Source: Minisyncoccota bacterium (lineage in GTDB: Bacteria; Patescibacteriota; Minisyncoccia; Phycocordibacterales; UBA9973). Taken from it: a stretch of 64,000 nucleotides of DNA. Where the stretch lies: positions 396,818 to 460,817 of the forward strand of contig JAQULK010000001.1 in the NCBI GenBank assembly GCA_028718635.1. Direction: 5' to 3'. The position numbers and the translations under genes were made by a program. A model generated the notes under the pieces. It was not told the origin of the DNA, did no database searches, and was given only the letters and a program-made list of their open reading frames with translations. This document shows positions 28,566 to 39,041 of the stretch, in pieces. Each line of letters begins with the position of its first letter. Positions within the stretch are counted from its first letter, which is position 1.

Positions 28566-28940
28566 ATGAGAAATTTTCAAGAAAAAAGAGGCTGGAGAAA
28601 TATAGTCCAATCAAAACCATTTTTGATACTTTTTTGCATTGTAATTTTATTTTTTTCATGGAATGTTTTTGTTTTCTGGAATAAAATGCAAGAGACCGTA
28701 AAAAATAAAAGAATAGTCGAAGACAAAATTGCTTTGCTGGAAAAACAAAAACAAGATATTTCTTCTGAAATAAGTAGTTTAAATACGCCGGAAGGCAAGG
28801 AAAAGTTCTTTAGGGAAAATTTGGGCTTAGCAAAAGAAGGGGAAGACGTGACGGTGGTGATAGAAGACAAAAACCCGCCTGCAGCTTCCAAACCGGCGTC
28901 TTCGGGTTTTTGGTCCTTTTTTACCAATTTGTTTAGATAA
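28566..28940 (+). CDS. Septum formation initiator (FtsB/DivIC-like)
   Basis: N-terminal TM, coiled coil 'IALLEKQKQDISSEISSL', C-terminal 'EKFFRENLGLAKEGEDVTVV' (DivIC signature). Confidence 0.7.
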   Translation: MRNFQEKRGWRNIVQSKPFLILFCIVILFFSWNVFVFWNKMQETVKNKRIVEDKIALLEKQKQDISSEISSLNTPEGKEKFFRENLGLAKEGEDVTVVIEDKNPPAASKPASSGFWSFFTNLFR

Positions 28941-28962
28941 TATCTATGATATAATATAGATT

Positions 28963-29970
28963 ATGAAAATAGCATTTTTTGAGGTGCCTAAAGAAGAACA
29001 ATCCTTTTTCTCCCAAGCTTTTAGCGGAGCGGAGGTTTCTTTTTTTGAGGAAAAATTAACTGAGCATAACGCGGAAAAAGCAAAAGACGCGGAGATTCTT
29101 TCCGTTTTTATTAATTCAATTATTAGTAAAAGTGTTATCGAATTATTGCCGAATTTAAAATTTATCACTACTCGCTCCACAGGCTTCGAACACACAGATC
29201 TCGAGTATTGTGCCACCAAAGGTATCTTGGTTTCCAACGTTCCTTCTTACGGTTCTCACACTGTGGCTGAATTCGCTTTCTCTTTGATATTGAATCTCTC
29301 CCGAAAGATAATAAATGCAAACAATCATCTGCGGGATTCAATGGACTTCAATTTTTACTCTTCTTTACAGGGTTTCGATCTAGATGGCAAGACCTTGGGA
29401 GTCATCGGCACGGGGAAAATTGGTAAAAATTCCATAAAGATAGGGAAGGGTTTCGGAATGAATATTGTCGCTTACGATTTGTTCCCAGATTTAGCTTTTG
29501 CCAAGGAAAATAATTTTACGTATAAGAGTTTATTAGAAGTCTTGGGAGAGTCTGACATTGTGACCATTCACACTCCTTACACTAAAGAAAATCATCACTT
29601 AATAAATAAAGAGAATATTTCCAAAATGAAAAAAGGAATATTGGTCATAAACACCGCGAGGGGAGCCTTGGTAGACACAGAGGCCTTAATTTGGGGAATA
29701 AATGAAGGGATTATCGCAGGCGCTGGGCTGGATGTTTTGGAAGGGGAAAGGGATTTGAAGATCAAAAAAGAGATTATCGGTTTTAATACCACTGAAAAAA
29801 TAGACTATAAAATAGTAGTCGAGGATCAAGTCTTGATTGATATGCCACAAGTCATAGTCACTCCACACATTGCTTTTTATTCTAAAGAAGCCGTAAGAGA
29901 AATTACCAAAACAACCATAGAAAACATCGAAGGATTCATTCAAAATCAGCCAAAGAATCTTGTAAAATAA
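28963..29970 (+). CDS. D-isomer-specific 2-hydroxyacid dehydrogenase (D-lactate/phosphoglycerate dehydrogenase family)
   Basis: NAD-binding 'GVIGTGKIGKN', catalytic R...E..H pattern ('NTARGALVD', 'VTPHIAFYS'). Confidence 0.8.
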   Translation: MKIAFFEVPKEEQSFFSQAFSGAEVSFFEEKLTEHNAEKAKDAEILSVFINSIISKSVIELLPNLKFITTRSTGFEHTDLEYCATKGILVSNVPSYGSHTVAEFAFSLILNLSRKIINANNHLRDSMDFNFYSSLQGFDLDGKTLGVIGTGKIGKNSIKIGKGFGMNIVAYDLFPDLAFAKENNFTYKSLLEVLGESDIVTIHTPYTKENHHLINKENISKMKKGILVINTARGALVDTEALIWGINEGIIAGAGLDVLEGERDLKIKKEIIGFNTTEKIDYKIVVEDQVLIDMPQVIVTPHIAFYSKEAVREITKTTIENIEGFIQNQPKNLVK

Positions 29971-29974
29971 TATT

Positions 29975-31273
29975 ATGACTAAGCATTGGATAAAAAATTT
30001 TGATCAGTTAGCTACGACTGAAAACAGGAAGAATGCGATGGAAATCATGGAAGCTGGGCTCGACGCTATAAATACACAAGAAGTAATTCGAAATAAAATA
30101 AAACTTGAAAATAATATTTTAACTATAAACGGCGAGAGTTTTGACTTAACGAAATTTAAAAATATAAAAGTTGTCGGTTTTGGCAAGTCCTCTTGCGAGG
30201 GTGCTTTAGTATTAGAAGAAATTCTAGGTTCTAGAATTAAAGAAGGCGCAGTCATCGGGCTTTGCAAAGCGAACACTGTGCATATAGAAACTTTTGAAGG
30301 AACTCATCCCAAACCGAGCGAGGTAAATGTTTTAGCCGGAAAAAGAATATATGAAATAGTAAAAGACTCCACTATTGATGATTTAATCATCGTTTTGGTT
30401 TCTGGCGGAGGTTCGGCTCTTTTGTGCTATCCGGAGACCGAGAGCGCCATGGGAGCAAAACTTTATGATGCATTTTTAGGATCAGGCAAAACAATAATTG
30501 AAATAAATACGATCAGAAAGCATTTATCGCTTCTCAAAGGCGGAGGTTTGGCAAAATTAGCTTATCCTGCGACGATTGTCGGGCTTATTTTTTCGGATAT
30601 TCCCGGGGATGATTTTGAAAATGTCGCTTCCGGTCCGACTTGTAAAGATGAAACGACTGTAAGCGATGCAAAGAAAATCATTAAAGAAAGTAATTTAGGG
30701 GAATTTGATCTGATTGAAACACCTAAAGAAGATAAATATTTTGAGAAAGTTCATAATTTCGTTTTGGTTTCAAATAAGATTGCCGTAGAAGCGATGGCGA
30801 AAAAAGCGGAGGAGCTTAATTTTAAAACAAATATTGTTTCGACTAATTTATACGACGAAGAAGAAAAAGCCACTCAAAAAATATTTTCTGCCAAAGAAGA
30901 AAACACAGTAGTGCTTGTTGCGGGTGAACCAGAGATTGTAATAACAAAAAAAGGAGGAAAGGGCGGGAGAAATTTGCATATGGGATTAGAAGTAATAAAA
31001 AATGAAATGATAAATAAAAAAAATACAAAAGAAAATTACAGTGATTTTGTTTTTATATCGTTTGCAAGTGACGGTATGGACAATAGCGATGTGGCTGGAG
31101 CGGTGGTGGACAAAAACACGCTAGAAAAAGCTGAGAAGCTTAGCTTATCAATTGATGATTATCTGGAAAGATTTGACTCTTATAATTTTTTCCAAAAGAC
31201 TGGCGATATGATTATTACCGGTCCGACTGGGGCAAATGTTTCGGATCTGATGATTTTATTGAAAAAAAAATAA
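29975..31273 (+). CDS. Glycerate kinase (MOFRL family, glycerate 2-kinase)
   Basis: DUF4147 N-terminal domain 'LVSGGGSALL' and C-terminal MOFRL 'ITGPTGANVSDLMILL'. Confidence 0.8.
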   Translation: MTKHWIKNFDQLATTENRKNAMEIMEAGLDAINTQEVIRNKIKLENNILTINGESFDLTKFKNIKVVGFGKSSCEGALVLEEILGSRIKEGAVIGLCKANTVHIETFEGTHPKPSEVNVLAGKRIYEIVKDSTIDDLIIVLVSGGGSALLCYPETESAMGAKLYDAFLGSGKTIIEINTIRKHLSLLKGGGLAKLAYPATIVGLIFSDIPGDDFENVASGPTCKDETTVSDAKKIIKESNLGEFDLIETPKEDKYFEKVHNFVLVSNKIAVEAMAKKAEELNFKTNIVSTNLYDEEEKATQKIFSAKEENTVVLVAGEPEIVITKKGGKGGRNLHMGLEVIKNEMINKKNTKENYSDFVFISFASDGMDNSDVAGAVVDKNTLEKAEKLSLSIDDYLERFDSYNFFQKTGDMIITGPTGANVSDLMILLKKK

Positions 31274-31275
31274 AA

Positions 31276-31773
31276 ATGAAAGAAAAAGAAAACAACGTTG
31301 CGTATATAGATGGGGCAAACTTACACAAAGGAGTGGAAAACCTAGATTGGGATTTTGACTACGGACGTTTTAGAATTTGGTTGAAAGAAAAATATGGTGT
31401 TCAACAGGCGTATTTATTTTTGGGATTAATTCCAAAGTATAAAGATCTTTATACAAGACTGCAGGAACAAGGTTACACTTTAGTTTTTAAAGAAGTAATT
31501 TTTGACGGTGATGGAAAAGCAAAAGGTAATTGCGACGCAGATATTGTTGTCCATGCTATGAAAAGTGCATATGAAAACAGATTTGAAAAGGCAATTTTAG
31601 TGACTAGCGATGGTGATTATGCTCCTTTAGTAAAATTTTTAAAAGAAAAAAATAAAATCGGATTTATTTTATCGCCATATGAAACAAAAAAATGTTCTAT
31701 TTTATTAAAAAGAACCGGAGTGAAAATATCTTATCTTACTGATCAGAAGAATATTCTTAAAAAAGATATATAA
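31276..31773 (+). CDS. NYN-domain (LabA/PIN-like) putative RNase
   Basis: 'AYIDGANL', 'GNCDADIVV' and 'VTSDGDYAPLV' acidic residues. Confidence 0.7.
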   Translation: MKEKENNVAYIDGANLHKGVENLDWDFDYGRFRIWLKEKYGVQQAYLFLGLIPKYKDLYTRLQEQGYTLVFKEVIFDGDGKAKGNCDADIVVHAMKSAYENRFEKAILVTSDGDYAPLVKFLKEKNKIGFILSPYETKKCSILLKRTGVKISYLTDQKNILKKDI

Positions 31774-31885
31774 AAAGAAAAAGCCCCCGGTGTGGACGAA
31801 CCACACAAGGGTCTTTTTCGTAAGGATGCTTACATTATAACAAGATCTTAAACAAAAAGTCAATAATTATCCACAAGCAGTAAAT

Positions 31886-33127
31886 ATGTTAAAATATAAA
31901 GGTGTTATGGAAACTAAAATTACAAAAATCACAGCAGAAGAAATAAAAGATTCGAGAGGGAATCCAACTCTAAAGGTTAAGGTGTTTGTCGGCAATGTTG
32001 AAGATGATTTTTCTGACCCGTCCGGAGCTTCAACAGGCATTCATGAAGCTCATGAATTGCGTGACCTGGATGGTAGGGGTGTACAGAATGCTATAAAAGA
32101 GGTAGACAGTGTAATTGCTCCAGCATTAATTGGATTGAACGTCTTAAATCAGAATGAAATAGATAAAAGGATGCTTGAATTGGACGGTACTACCAACAAA
32201 GACAGGCTGGGTGGAAATTCTATGATTGGGGTTTCCATTGCTTGCGCCAAAGTGGCAGCGAAAGTCTCTGGAGTAGAAGTTTATGAACACTTACGCACTC
32301 TAGCGGAAATCAAACCTTCTCGTAAAATACCATTTTTATATATGAATTTAATTAATGGTGGGAAACACGCGAAAGATGGGCTTGCTTTTCAGGAATATCA
32401 TATTGTCCCTGATACAGAAAATATCAAGGAAGCCATAGAAATTGGAATAAGTGTAGATAACACATTAAAGGAAATAATCTTGAAGGATTTGGGAGAAGAA
32501 TCTGTGATCATGGGGGATGAGGGAGGTTTTGCTCCGCAAATTTCAGACATCAGAAAACCACTTTTTTATTTGAGAGAAGCGATAAAACAAAATGATTTAG
32601 AGGGAAAAGTGAGACTGGCTTTAGACGTTGCTTCTTCTTCTTTTTATAAAAATTATTTTTATAAAATTGATGGCAGAGATGTATCAAAAGAAGAATTGCT
32701 GGGGATCTATATTTCTCTTATAAAAGAATTTAATTTACTTTCCATTGAAGATCCTTTTAATGAAGAAGATTTTGAAAGTTTTGCAAAATTAAAAGAACAA
32801 AATGATGGTCTTTATGTAGTGGGAGATGATTTAACGGTGACAAATGTTTTACTTCTTAAAAAAGCGATTGAAAATAAAAGCATCAATGCAATGATTATAA
32901 AACCAAATCAAATAGGTACGCTTTCTGAAACGCTAGAAACCATGAAATTAGCTCGAGAAAATGACATAGAGCTTATTGTAAGCCATCGAAGTGGAGAAAC
33001 AGAGGATAGTTTTATCGCGGATCTGGCTTATGCATTTGGTTGTTTCGGATTGAAAGCCGGTGCCCCCACAAAACCAGAAAGAATGGTAAAATACAATAGA
33101 TTGATTAAAATTTCAACAAATTTGTAA
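31886..33127 (+). CDS. eno: Enolase
   Basis: 'SRGNPTLKV' and 'IKPNQIGTLSETLETMKLARENDIELIVSHRSGETEDSFIADLA'. Confidence 0.95.
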   Translation: MLKYKGVMETKITKITAEEIKDSRGNPTLKVKVFVGNVEDDFSDPSGASTGIHEAHELRDLDGRGVQNAIKEVDSVIAPALIGLNVLNQNEIDKRMLELDGTTNKDRLGGNSMIGVSIACAKVAAKVSGVEVYEHLRTLAEIKPSRKIPFLYMNLINGGKHAKDGLAFQEYHIVPDTENIKEAIEIGISVDNTLKEIILKDLGEESVIMGDEGGFAPQISDIRKPLFYLREAIKQNDLEGKVRLALDVASSSFYKNYFYKIDGRDVSKEELLGIYISLIKEFNLLSIEDPFNEEDFESFAKLKEQNDGLYVVGDDLTVTNVLLLKKAIENKSINAMIIKPNQIGTLSETLETMKLARENDIELIVSHRSGETEDSFIADLAYAFGCFGLKAGAPTKPERMVKYNRLIKISTNL

Positions 33128-33147
33128 ATTATGATATTATATATTCT

Positions 33148-33435
33148 ATGAGTATTAAAGATTTACAAAATAAATTATCCCCAATATTTAAGCAATATGG
33201 TGTCAAACATGCTGCAATTTTTGGATCCGTGTCCAGGGGAGAAGATACCCCAGAAAGTGATGTTGACGTGCTTGTAAAATTAGGTAAGCCAATGGGTTTA
33301 GTGGGCTTTTCGGGATTAGTGATAAAGATGGAAGAAATACTAGGACGAAAAGTTGATCTATTAGCTGAAGGTGGTGTAAATAAATTTTTAGAACCTTACA
33401 TTTTACCAGATCTAAAAACCATCTATGAAGAATAA
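33148..33435 (+). CDS. Nucleotidyltransferase (MNT-type antitoxin)
   Basis: 'IFGSVSRGEDTPESDVDVLV' minimal NTase fold. Confidence 0.8.
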   Translation: MSIKDLQNKLSPIFKQYGVKHAAIFGSVSRGEDTPESDVDVLVKLGKPMGLVGFSGLVIKMEEILGRKVDLLAEGGVNKFLEPYILPDLKTIYEE

Positions 33436-33745
33436 TAAAGTTTACATAGATCAAATTCTTGATTCGATTAAAAAAATTGAGTTATTTGTAAATGGAATTG
33501 ATAAAGAAAATTTTCTAACAAATTCTTTAGTTCAAAGTGGAGTGATTATGCAACTCACATTAATTGGAGAAATTTCAAAAAAAATTTCTAATGATTTAAA
33601 ATTAAAAATAAATTTGCCATGGAAAGAAATAGCTGGATTTAGAGATAAAGCTATTCATAATTATTTTGATATTAATTTAGATGTGGTTTGGAATACAATT
33701 ATTATTGATTTACCACCGTTAAAAGAAGAATTGATTAAGCAATAA
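33425..33745 (+). CDS. HepT-like HEPN (DUF86) toxin, overlapping the MNT gene by 11 nt
   Basis: 'WKEIAGFRDKAIHNYFDINLDVVW' is the Rx4-6H HEPN motif. Confidence 0.8.
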   Translation: MKNNKVYIDQILDSIKKIELFVNGIDKENFLTNSLVQSGVIMQLTLIGEISKKISNDLKLKINLPWKEIAGFRDKAIHNYFDINLDVVWNTIIIDLPPLKEELIKQ

Positions 33746-33783
33746 ATTAAAAATTTTATATGACGACAATTTTAACCACGAAT

Positions 33784-33802
33784 CGAGAGAGAGAGAGAGA
33801 GA
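33784..33802 (+). repeat. (GA)9 dinucleotide repeat abutting the GTG start codon of the beta-helix protein
   Basis: cgagagagagagagagagag-tg. Confidence 0.8.
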
Positions 33803-36427
33803 GTGAATGACGCTCGCCAATTTTGTCATCCTGAACTTGTTTCAGGATCTAATGCGTTTGCCAAAATAATAAAACTTTTCCGTTTCATTTTTTTCTTCTC
33901 GATATTTCTGGGAAGCTTTTTTGTTTTGGCAAACGAAGCAAGCGCGGCGACGTATTATGTGGATGCGACTCTTGGAAAGGATACATATAATGGTATAACC
34001 ACAACTATAAATGATGGAGCAAGTGAAGGTCCATGGAAAACACTAACTAAAGTAAATGCCGCGCTGAATGCCGCTTCTATTCATGCTGGTGATAGTGTTT
34101 TATTTAAAGCAGGGGAGACTTTCTTTGGCTATTTGTATGTTAAGGTAACGGGAACGGTAGGAAATATATTAACATTTGATTCCTATGGAAGTGGAAATAA
34201 ACCTATAATCGACGCTACTGGAAATAATAGCGGTATCGATCTTCGTGGAATAAATTATGTTACGTTTAATAATTTGGATGTTAGAAATGCAACATTCCAA
34301 GGATACTTTTTTCTCAATGGAAATGACCACATAACAATAAATAATGGAAGTATATCTTCTTCTGCAAAGGCTATCCATCTCTATAACAATACAATTTCAA
34401 ATCTAACAATTTCAAATCTAAATGCCAGTAATAATACATATGGTATTTATGGATTTGCCGGGGTTACTGTTAACACATTGTCCATATCCAATAGCCATTT
34501 CGACGACAACACATCAGAAGGTTTTTTCACCGATGGCACTGCGAACGGGAGTAATTTTACGATAACAGATACCACCATGTCCCGTAATGGGATCGGATCT
34601 GATAAAAATGGATTTTTACTACAAGGGACCGGCAGTACAGTTATCCTTACCAGGGTAACATCAGCCAACAACGGAGGGGATGGATTTGGTGTCCATAACA
34701 CTTGGATTGGTGTTATTTTTGATTATTGTACGGCGGATACTAACGGAACAGACGGGATAGGATCAGATGGAGACGGATTCAGTTTCCATGAGACTTCTTC
34801 TGGAATAATCAGGTATTCAATCAGCAAAAATAATTTAAAAACTGCGATTGCTCACGTTAATAGCTCCGCTGTTGAAATGTATTATGATCTTTTTTATCAT
34901 GCAACCAATGGCACCTTGCCGCTTGTTTTATTACAAAATACTGGAAATCATAAATTATATAATAATATTATTTACAGTGGAAGTCAGACTGGTGATGCAG
35001 TAAGCGTTGAAGGGACCGTTGATATGCAAAACAATATAATAGATGGTTTCAATCGTGGCCTTATAAAAACTGGAGGAACAATATCCAATGACCATGATAT
35101 TATTTATGGAGTATTAACTTCTAATTATGTTGGTATTTCTGCCGGTGCTTATTCAATTATACAGGATCCAAAATTTTTTAATTCCAGTATTTATAACTTT
35201 TCCCTTCTCCCCACTTCCCCCGCCATCGACTCTGGCACCGATGTCTCATTAACCACCGACTACGCCGGCAATTCCATCTACGGTACGCCCGACATCGGCG
35301 CTTATGAATACCAGCCGCCATATACCATGGGCACGGATGCAGTAAACACTTCCACCAGTGTCAGAATGTACGGAGACGAAAAGTTCAGAAACAAAACCGC
35401 CACCACCACGGAAACCACGGCTGATCTCTCAATTACCATTCCCGACTCGGATAAAACCAAGTGGCTGGACATAGCAGTTTCCACCTGGGACAACTCCGGA
35501 ACTTATCACAAAACCTGGACGGAAAACACTACCAGCACCATTACCAACACCCTCCATACCATCGGAGACCTGGAACCCAACAAATACTACAATGTGTCCG
35601 TGGATTCCGTTCTGGGAAACAACATTACCGGCGATAACTGTTCAAACGGCCTCTGTCTTTCCAACGCGGAAGGTAAAATATCTTTTACCTATACTGGTTC
35701 ATATTCCGAACACACCTTTGACGTGGAAGAAGGAGATAATACCGCCCCCATCCGTTCCGCCGGTTTGCCTTCCGGCAGTCAACCTGCTGGCACAACGCAA
35801 GTAACAATGTCTTTGACCACCGACGAAAACGCCACCTGCAAATACTCCACCTCTGCCGACACCGCTTACGCTTCCATGACCGATACCTTTACCACAACTG
35901 GCACCCAATCCCATTCCACCACCATTTCCGGTCTCTCCAACGGCAATACATACAATTACTATGTCCGCTGCACTGACGGCTCAAATGCTAACAGCAACGA
36001 TTACCCTATTTCTTTTTCCATTACTAACCCTACCGCGCATTCTTCAGGCAACAGTGCTCAGAGTCGAATCAACAATCTGCTCTCCATGGGCAACTACACC
36101 CAAGCGCAACAATTGGCTAATCAATACAATATTTCAATTCCAGTAATTACCACCCCGCCTACAGCACCCCTCCTGAATCAAGGAGGGGAAAGAAGTGTTA
36201 ATGCTTACAACTTTGGTCTCTCTGTTCTCAAAAAAGGAAGCAAGGGTGAGGCTGTGAAAGAATTGCAGAAGTTCTTAAACCAAGATCTGAAACTAAACTT
36301 GAAAATAGACGGCATCTTGGGATCAAAAACAACTATGGCTATCAAACAATACCAAAAAGCGCATAATCTAAAAGTGGATGGGGTAGTGGGGGAGAAGACG
36401 AGGGGGAGGATGAATGGGGAGAAATAG
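33803..36427 (+). CDS. Large secreted right-handed beta-helix protein with a C-terminal peptidoglycan-binding domain
   Basis: Signal/TM 'FRFIFFFSIFLGSFFVLANEASA', repeated 'NNxI.N' beta-helix rungs, C-terminal PG_binding_1-like 'GSKGEAVKELQKFLN...DGILGSKTTMAIKQYQKAHNLKVDGVVG'. GTG start. Confidence 0.7.
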   Translation: MNDARQFCHPELVSGSNAFAKIIKLFRFIFFFSIFLGSFFVLANEASAATYYVDATLGKDTYNGITTTINDGASEGPWKTLTKVNAALNAASIHAGDSVLFKAGETFFGYLYVKVTGTVGNILTFDSYGSGNKPIIDATGNNSGIDLRGINYVTFNNLDVRNATFQGYFFLNGNDHITINNGSISSSAKAIHLYNNTISNLTISNLNASNNTYGIYGFAGVTVNTLSISNSHFDDNTSEGFFTDGTANGSNFTITDTTMSRNGIGSDKNGFLLQGTGSTVILTRVTSANNGGDGFGVHNTWIGVIFDYCTADTNGTDGIGSDGDGFSFHETSSGIIRYSISKNNLKTAIAHVNSSAVEMYYDLFYHATNGTLPLVLLQNTGNHKLYNNIIYSGSQTGDAVSVEGTVDMQNNIIDGFNRGLIKTGGTISNDHDIIYGVLTSNYVGISAGAYSIIQDPKFFNSSIYNFSLLPTSPAIDSGTDVSLTTDYAGNSIYGTPDIGAYEYQPPYTMGTDAVNTSTSVRMYGDEKFRNKTATTTETTADLSITIPDSDKTKWLDIAVSTWDNSGTYHKTWTENTTSTITNTLHTIGDLEPNKYYNVSVDSVLGNNITGDNCSNGLCLSNAEGKISFTYTGSYSEHTFDVEEGDNTAPIRSAGLPSGSQPAGTTQVTMSLTTDENATCKYSTSADTAYASMTDTFTTTGTQSHSTTISGLSNGNTYNYYVRCTDGSNANSNDYPISFSITNPTAHSSGNSAQSRINNLLSMGNYTQAQQLANQYNISIPVITTPPTAPLLNQGGERSVNAYNFGLSVLKKGSKGEAVKELQKFLNQDLKLNLKIDGILGSKTTMAIKQYQKAHNLKVDGVVGEKTRGRMNGEK

Positions 36428-36501
36428 TACTAATTAATTTTATGTTATAATACACTCATATTTAGTGAGGTATATTTATTATTAATTAAAAAAATATTTT
36501 T

Positions 36502-38919
36502 ATGGCAGAACAGGAAGGACAAAGTTTTATAAAATGGTTCAATGAAGTGAATATTGATGATGTCGGAATTGTGGGAGGAAAGAATGCAGCTTTGGGAGAA
36601 ATGTTTTCTAATCTTGTACCGCTTGGTATAAAAATTCCTGACGGATTTGCTCTTACCGCGGATGCATATAGACATTTTTTTAAGGATACTGGGTTAGATG
36701 AAAAAATAAAAGAAATTTTAGCAGATCTTAATACTAAAGACCTTCGTAATCTTCAAAAGAGAGGAGAAAAAGTCCGCTCAGCTATTTTAAAAGCTAAGTT
36801 ACCACAAGACCTAAATGATGTAATTAAAGAGTATTACATAGAATTAGGAAATAAATACGGCAAGGATCCAGATGTGGCTGTGCGTTCCTCTGCTACTGCG
36901 GAGGATCTTCCCGGGGCATCTTTTGCCGGTCAGCAAGAAACTTTTTTAAACGTGCGTGGTATAAACAATGTTTTAGAAGCGACAAAAAAATGTATTGCCT
37001 CTCTTTTTACTGATAGAGCTATATCCTATCGCGCTGACAAAGGATTTTCACATTTTGATGTAGCGCTTTCGGTGGGTATTCAGTGTATGGTACGTTCCGA
37101 TCTCGCAGCTTCAGGCGTAGCTTTTACGATAGACACGGAAACAGGTTTTGATAAAGCAATAGTAATTACTAGTATTTATGGTCTGGGAGAATTTATAGTG
37201 CAAGGGAAAGTTATTCCTGATGAATATATAATTTTCAAACCTGCTCTTGATAATGAAAAAAAGTATCCTATTATTTCAAAAAGCATAGGCAAGAAAAATA
37301 TTAAACTTGTCTATTCCTCTAATGGAACCAAGGAAGAAAAAGTTTCCAAAGATGATCAACAAAAATTCTGCCTTACAGATGAAGAAGTAGTTAAGCTTGC
37401 AAAATGGTGTTATGAGATAGAAAAATATTTTTCAAAAAGACATGGACATTATCAGCCTATGGATATTGAGTGGGCAAAAGATGGAAAAACAGGAGAGCTT
37501 TACATAGTTCAGGCTCGTCCAGAGACTGTCGCTTCAGCCGTAGATAGAAAAATCTTGAAAGAATACAAACTTGAGAAAACTAGCAATGTTAGATTGAAAG
37601 GTATAGCTGTAGGTTCTAAGATTGGTGCAGGCAAAGTGAGGGTTTTAGATAATGCAAAAGACATTAATGCTTTTAAAGAAGGCGAAGTTTTAGTTACAGA
37701 GATTACGGATCCAGATTGGGAGCCTATTATGAAGATAGCTAGCGCTATTGTGACAGACGAAGGCGGACGCACGTCTCATGCGGCCATAGTCTCACGAGAG
37801 CTTGGGATTCCTTGTATAGTAGGTTCTAATAATGCTACGACATTGTTAAAGACAGGGGAGGAAGTGACTATTGACTGTTCTTCTGGAAATGTCGGCAATG
37901 TTTATGAAGGAATTTTGCCATTCAAAATAAACGAACATCATTTAGACAAAATACCTCAAATAGAGACAAAGATCATGATGAACATTGGTTCTCCCGATGA
38001 AGCATTTAAGAATTACAATCTTCCTGCGCAGGGTGTTGGTCTCGGGAGATTAGAATTTATAATCGCTTCTCACATCGGGGTACACCCAAATGTTTTGATT
38101 GATTATGATAAATTACAAAAAGAAAAGAAAACTCCTGAAATTCAAAAAGTTTTAAATAAGATTGACGAGCTTACGCCTTTATATAAAGACAAAAAACAAT
38201 ACTACGTGGACAATCTCGCTTTGGGTATCGCCAAGATCGGCGCTGCTTTTTATCCAAATAAAGTTATTATTCGTTTTTCTGATTTTAAGACGAATGAATA
38301 TCGCACCTTGCTTGGGGGAGAAATGTATGAACCCCATGAAGAGAACCCTATGATAGGTTGGCGCGGGGCATCTCGTTATTATGATCCAAAGTTTAAAGAA
38401 GCTTTTGGTCTTGAGTGTGTGGCTATGAAGCGGGTGCGGGAAGACATGGGTCTTACAAATGTTCTTCCTATGATTCCATTTTGCAGAACTCCAGAAGAAG
38501 GCAAACAAGTGATTGAAGAAATGAGAGTAAATGGTTTAGATCGAGCTAAAGATGAAACACTCAAAGTGTACGTCATGTGTGAAATTCCTTCAAATATTCT
38601 TTTGGCTGATGATTATCTGGAGATTTTTGATGGCATGTCGATTGGCTCAAACGACCTGACTCAGCTTACTCTTGGGCTCGATCGTGATTCTGGAATAGTC
38701 ACTCACATTGCAAATGAAAATAATGGAGCAGTGAAGAAACTTATTGCTGAAATCATCCATAAATGCAAAGAAAAAGGAAAGTACATAGGCATTTGCGGTC
38801 AAGCGCCTTCAGACTATCCTGATTTTGCTCAATTTCTCGTAGATGAAGGCATAGAGAGCATGTCGCTCAATCCTGATACCGTGATTAAAATAATCATGGC
38901 GCTTGGAGAAAAGAAATAA
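36502..38919 (+). CDS. ppsA: Phosphoenolpyruvate synthase (pyruvate, water dikinase)
   Basis: 'GGRTSHAAIVSRELGIPCIVG' phosphohistidine domain, N-terminal ATP-grasp, C-terminal PEP-utilizing TIM barrel. Confidence 0.9.
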   Translation: MAEQEGQSFIKWFNEVNIDDVGIVGGKNAALGEMFSNLVPLGIKIPDGFALTADAYRHFFKDTGLDEKIKEILADLNTKDLRNLQKRGEKVRSAILKAKLPQDLNDVIKEYYIELGNKYGKDPDVAVRSSATAEDLPGASFAGQQETFLNVRGINNVLEATKKCIASLFTDRAISYRADKGFSHFDVALSVGIQCMVRSDLAASGVAFTIDTETGFDKAIVITSIYGLGEFIVQGKVIPDEYIIFKPALDNEKKYPIISKSIGKKNIKLVYSSNGTKEEKVSKDDQQKFCLTDEEVVKLAKWCYEIEKYFSKRHGHYQPMDIEWAKDGKTGELYIVQARPETVASAVDRKILKEYKLEKTSNVRLKGIAVGSKIGAGKVRVLDNAKDINAFKEGEVLVTEITDPDWEPIMKIASAIVTDEGGRTSHAAIVSRELGIPCIVGSNNATTLLKTGEEVTIDCSSGNVGNVYEGILPFKINEHHLDKIPQIETKIMMNIGSPDEAFKNYNLPAQGVGLGRLEFIIASHIGVHPNVLIDYDKLQKEKKTPEIQKVLNKIDELTPLYKDKKQYYVDNLALGIAKIGAAFYPNKVIIRFSDFKTNEYRTLLGGEMYEPHEENPMIGWRGASRYYDPKFKEAFGLECVAMKRVREDMGLTNVLPMIPFCRTPEEGKQVIEEMRVNGLDRAKDETLKVYVMCEIPSNILLADDYLEIFDGMSIGSNDLTQLTLGLDRDSGIVTHIANENNGAVKKLIAEIIHKCKEKGKYIGICGQAPSDYPDFAQFLVDEGIESMSLNPDTVIKIIMALGEKK

Positions 38920-38922
38920 ATT

Positions 38923-38996
38923 TGGTGCGAGTAGGGGGAATCGAACCCCCGTCTAATCCTTGGGAAGGACTCATTCTACCACTAAACCATACTCGC
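38923..38996 (-). tRNA. tRNA-Gly (CCC), CCA encoded
   Basis: Cloverleaf folded by eye: acceptor gcgagta/tactcgc, anticodon loop ttCCCaa, T-loop ttcgatt. Confidence 0.8.
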
Positions 38997-39041
38997 ATAT
39001 TATGCTATAATAGCTTATTACAAATAATTTACAATATTTTT

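Noticed and set aside
38922-39041. N-terminal 40 codons of ORF 38922..39275 (MVRVGGIEPP...)
   Set aside because: This stretch is the antisense of tRNA-Gly(CCC). The real glutaredoxin CDS starts at the ATG at 39042, which is preceded by a TATAAT.
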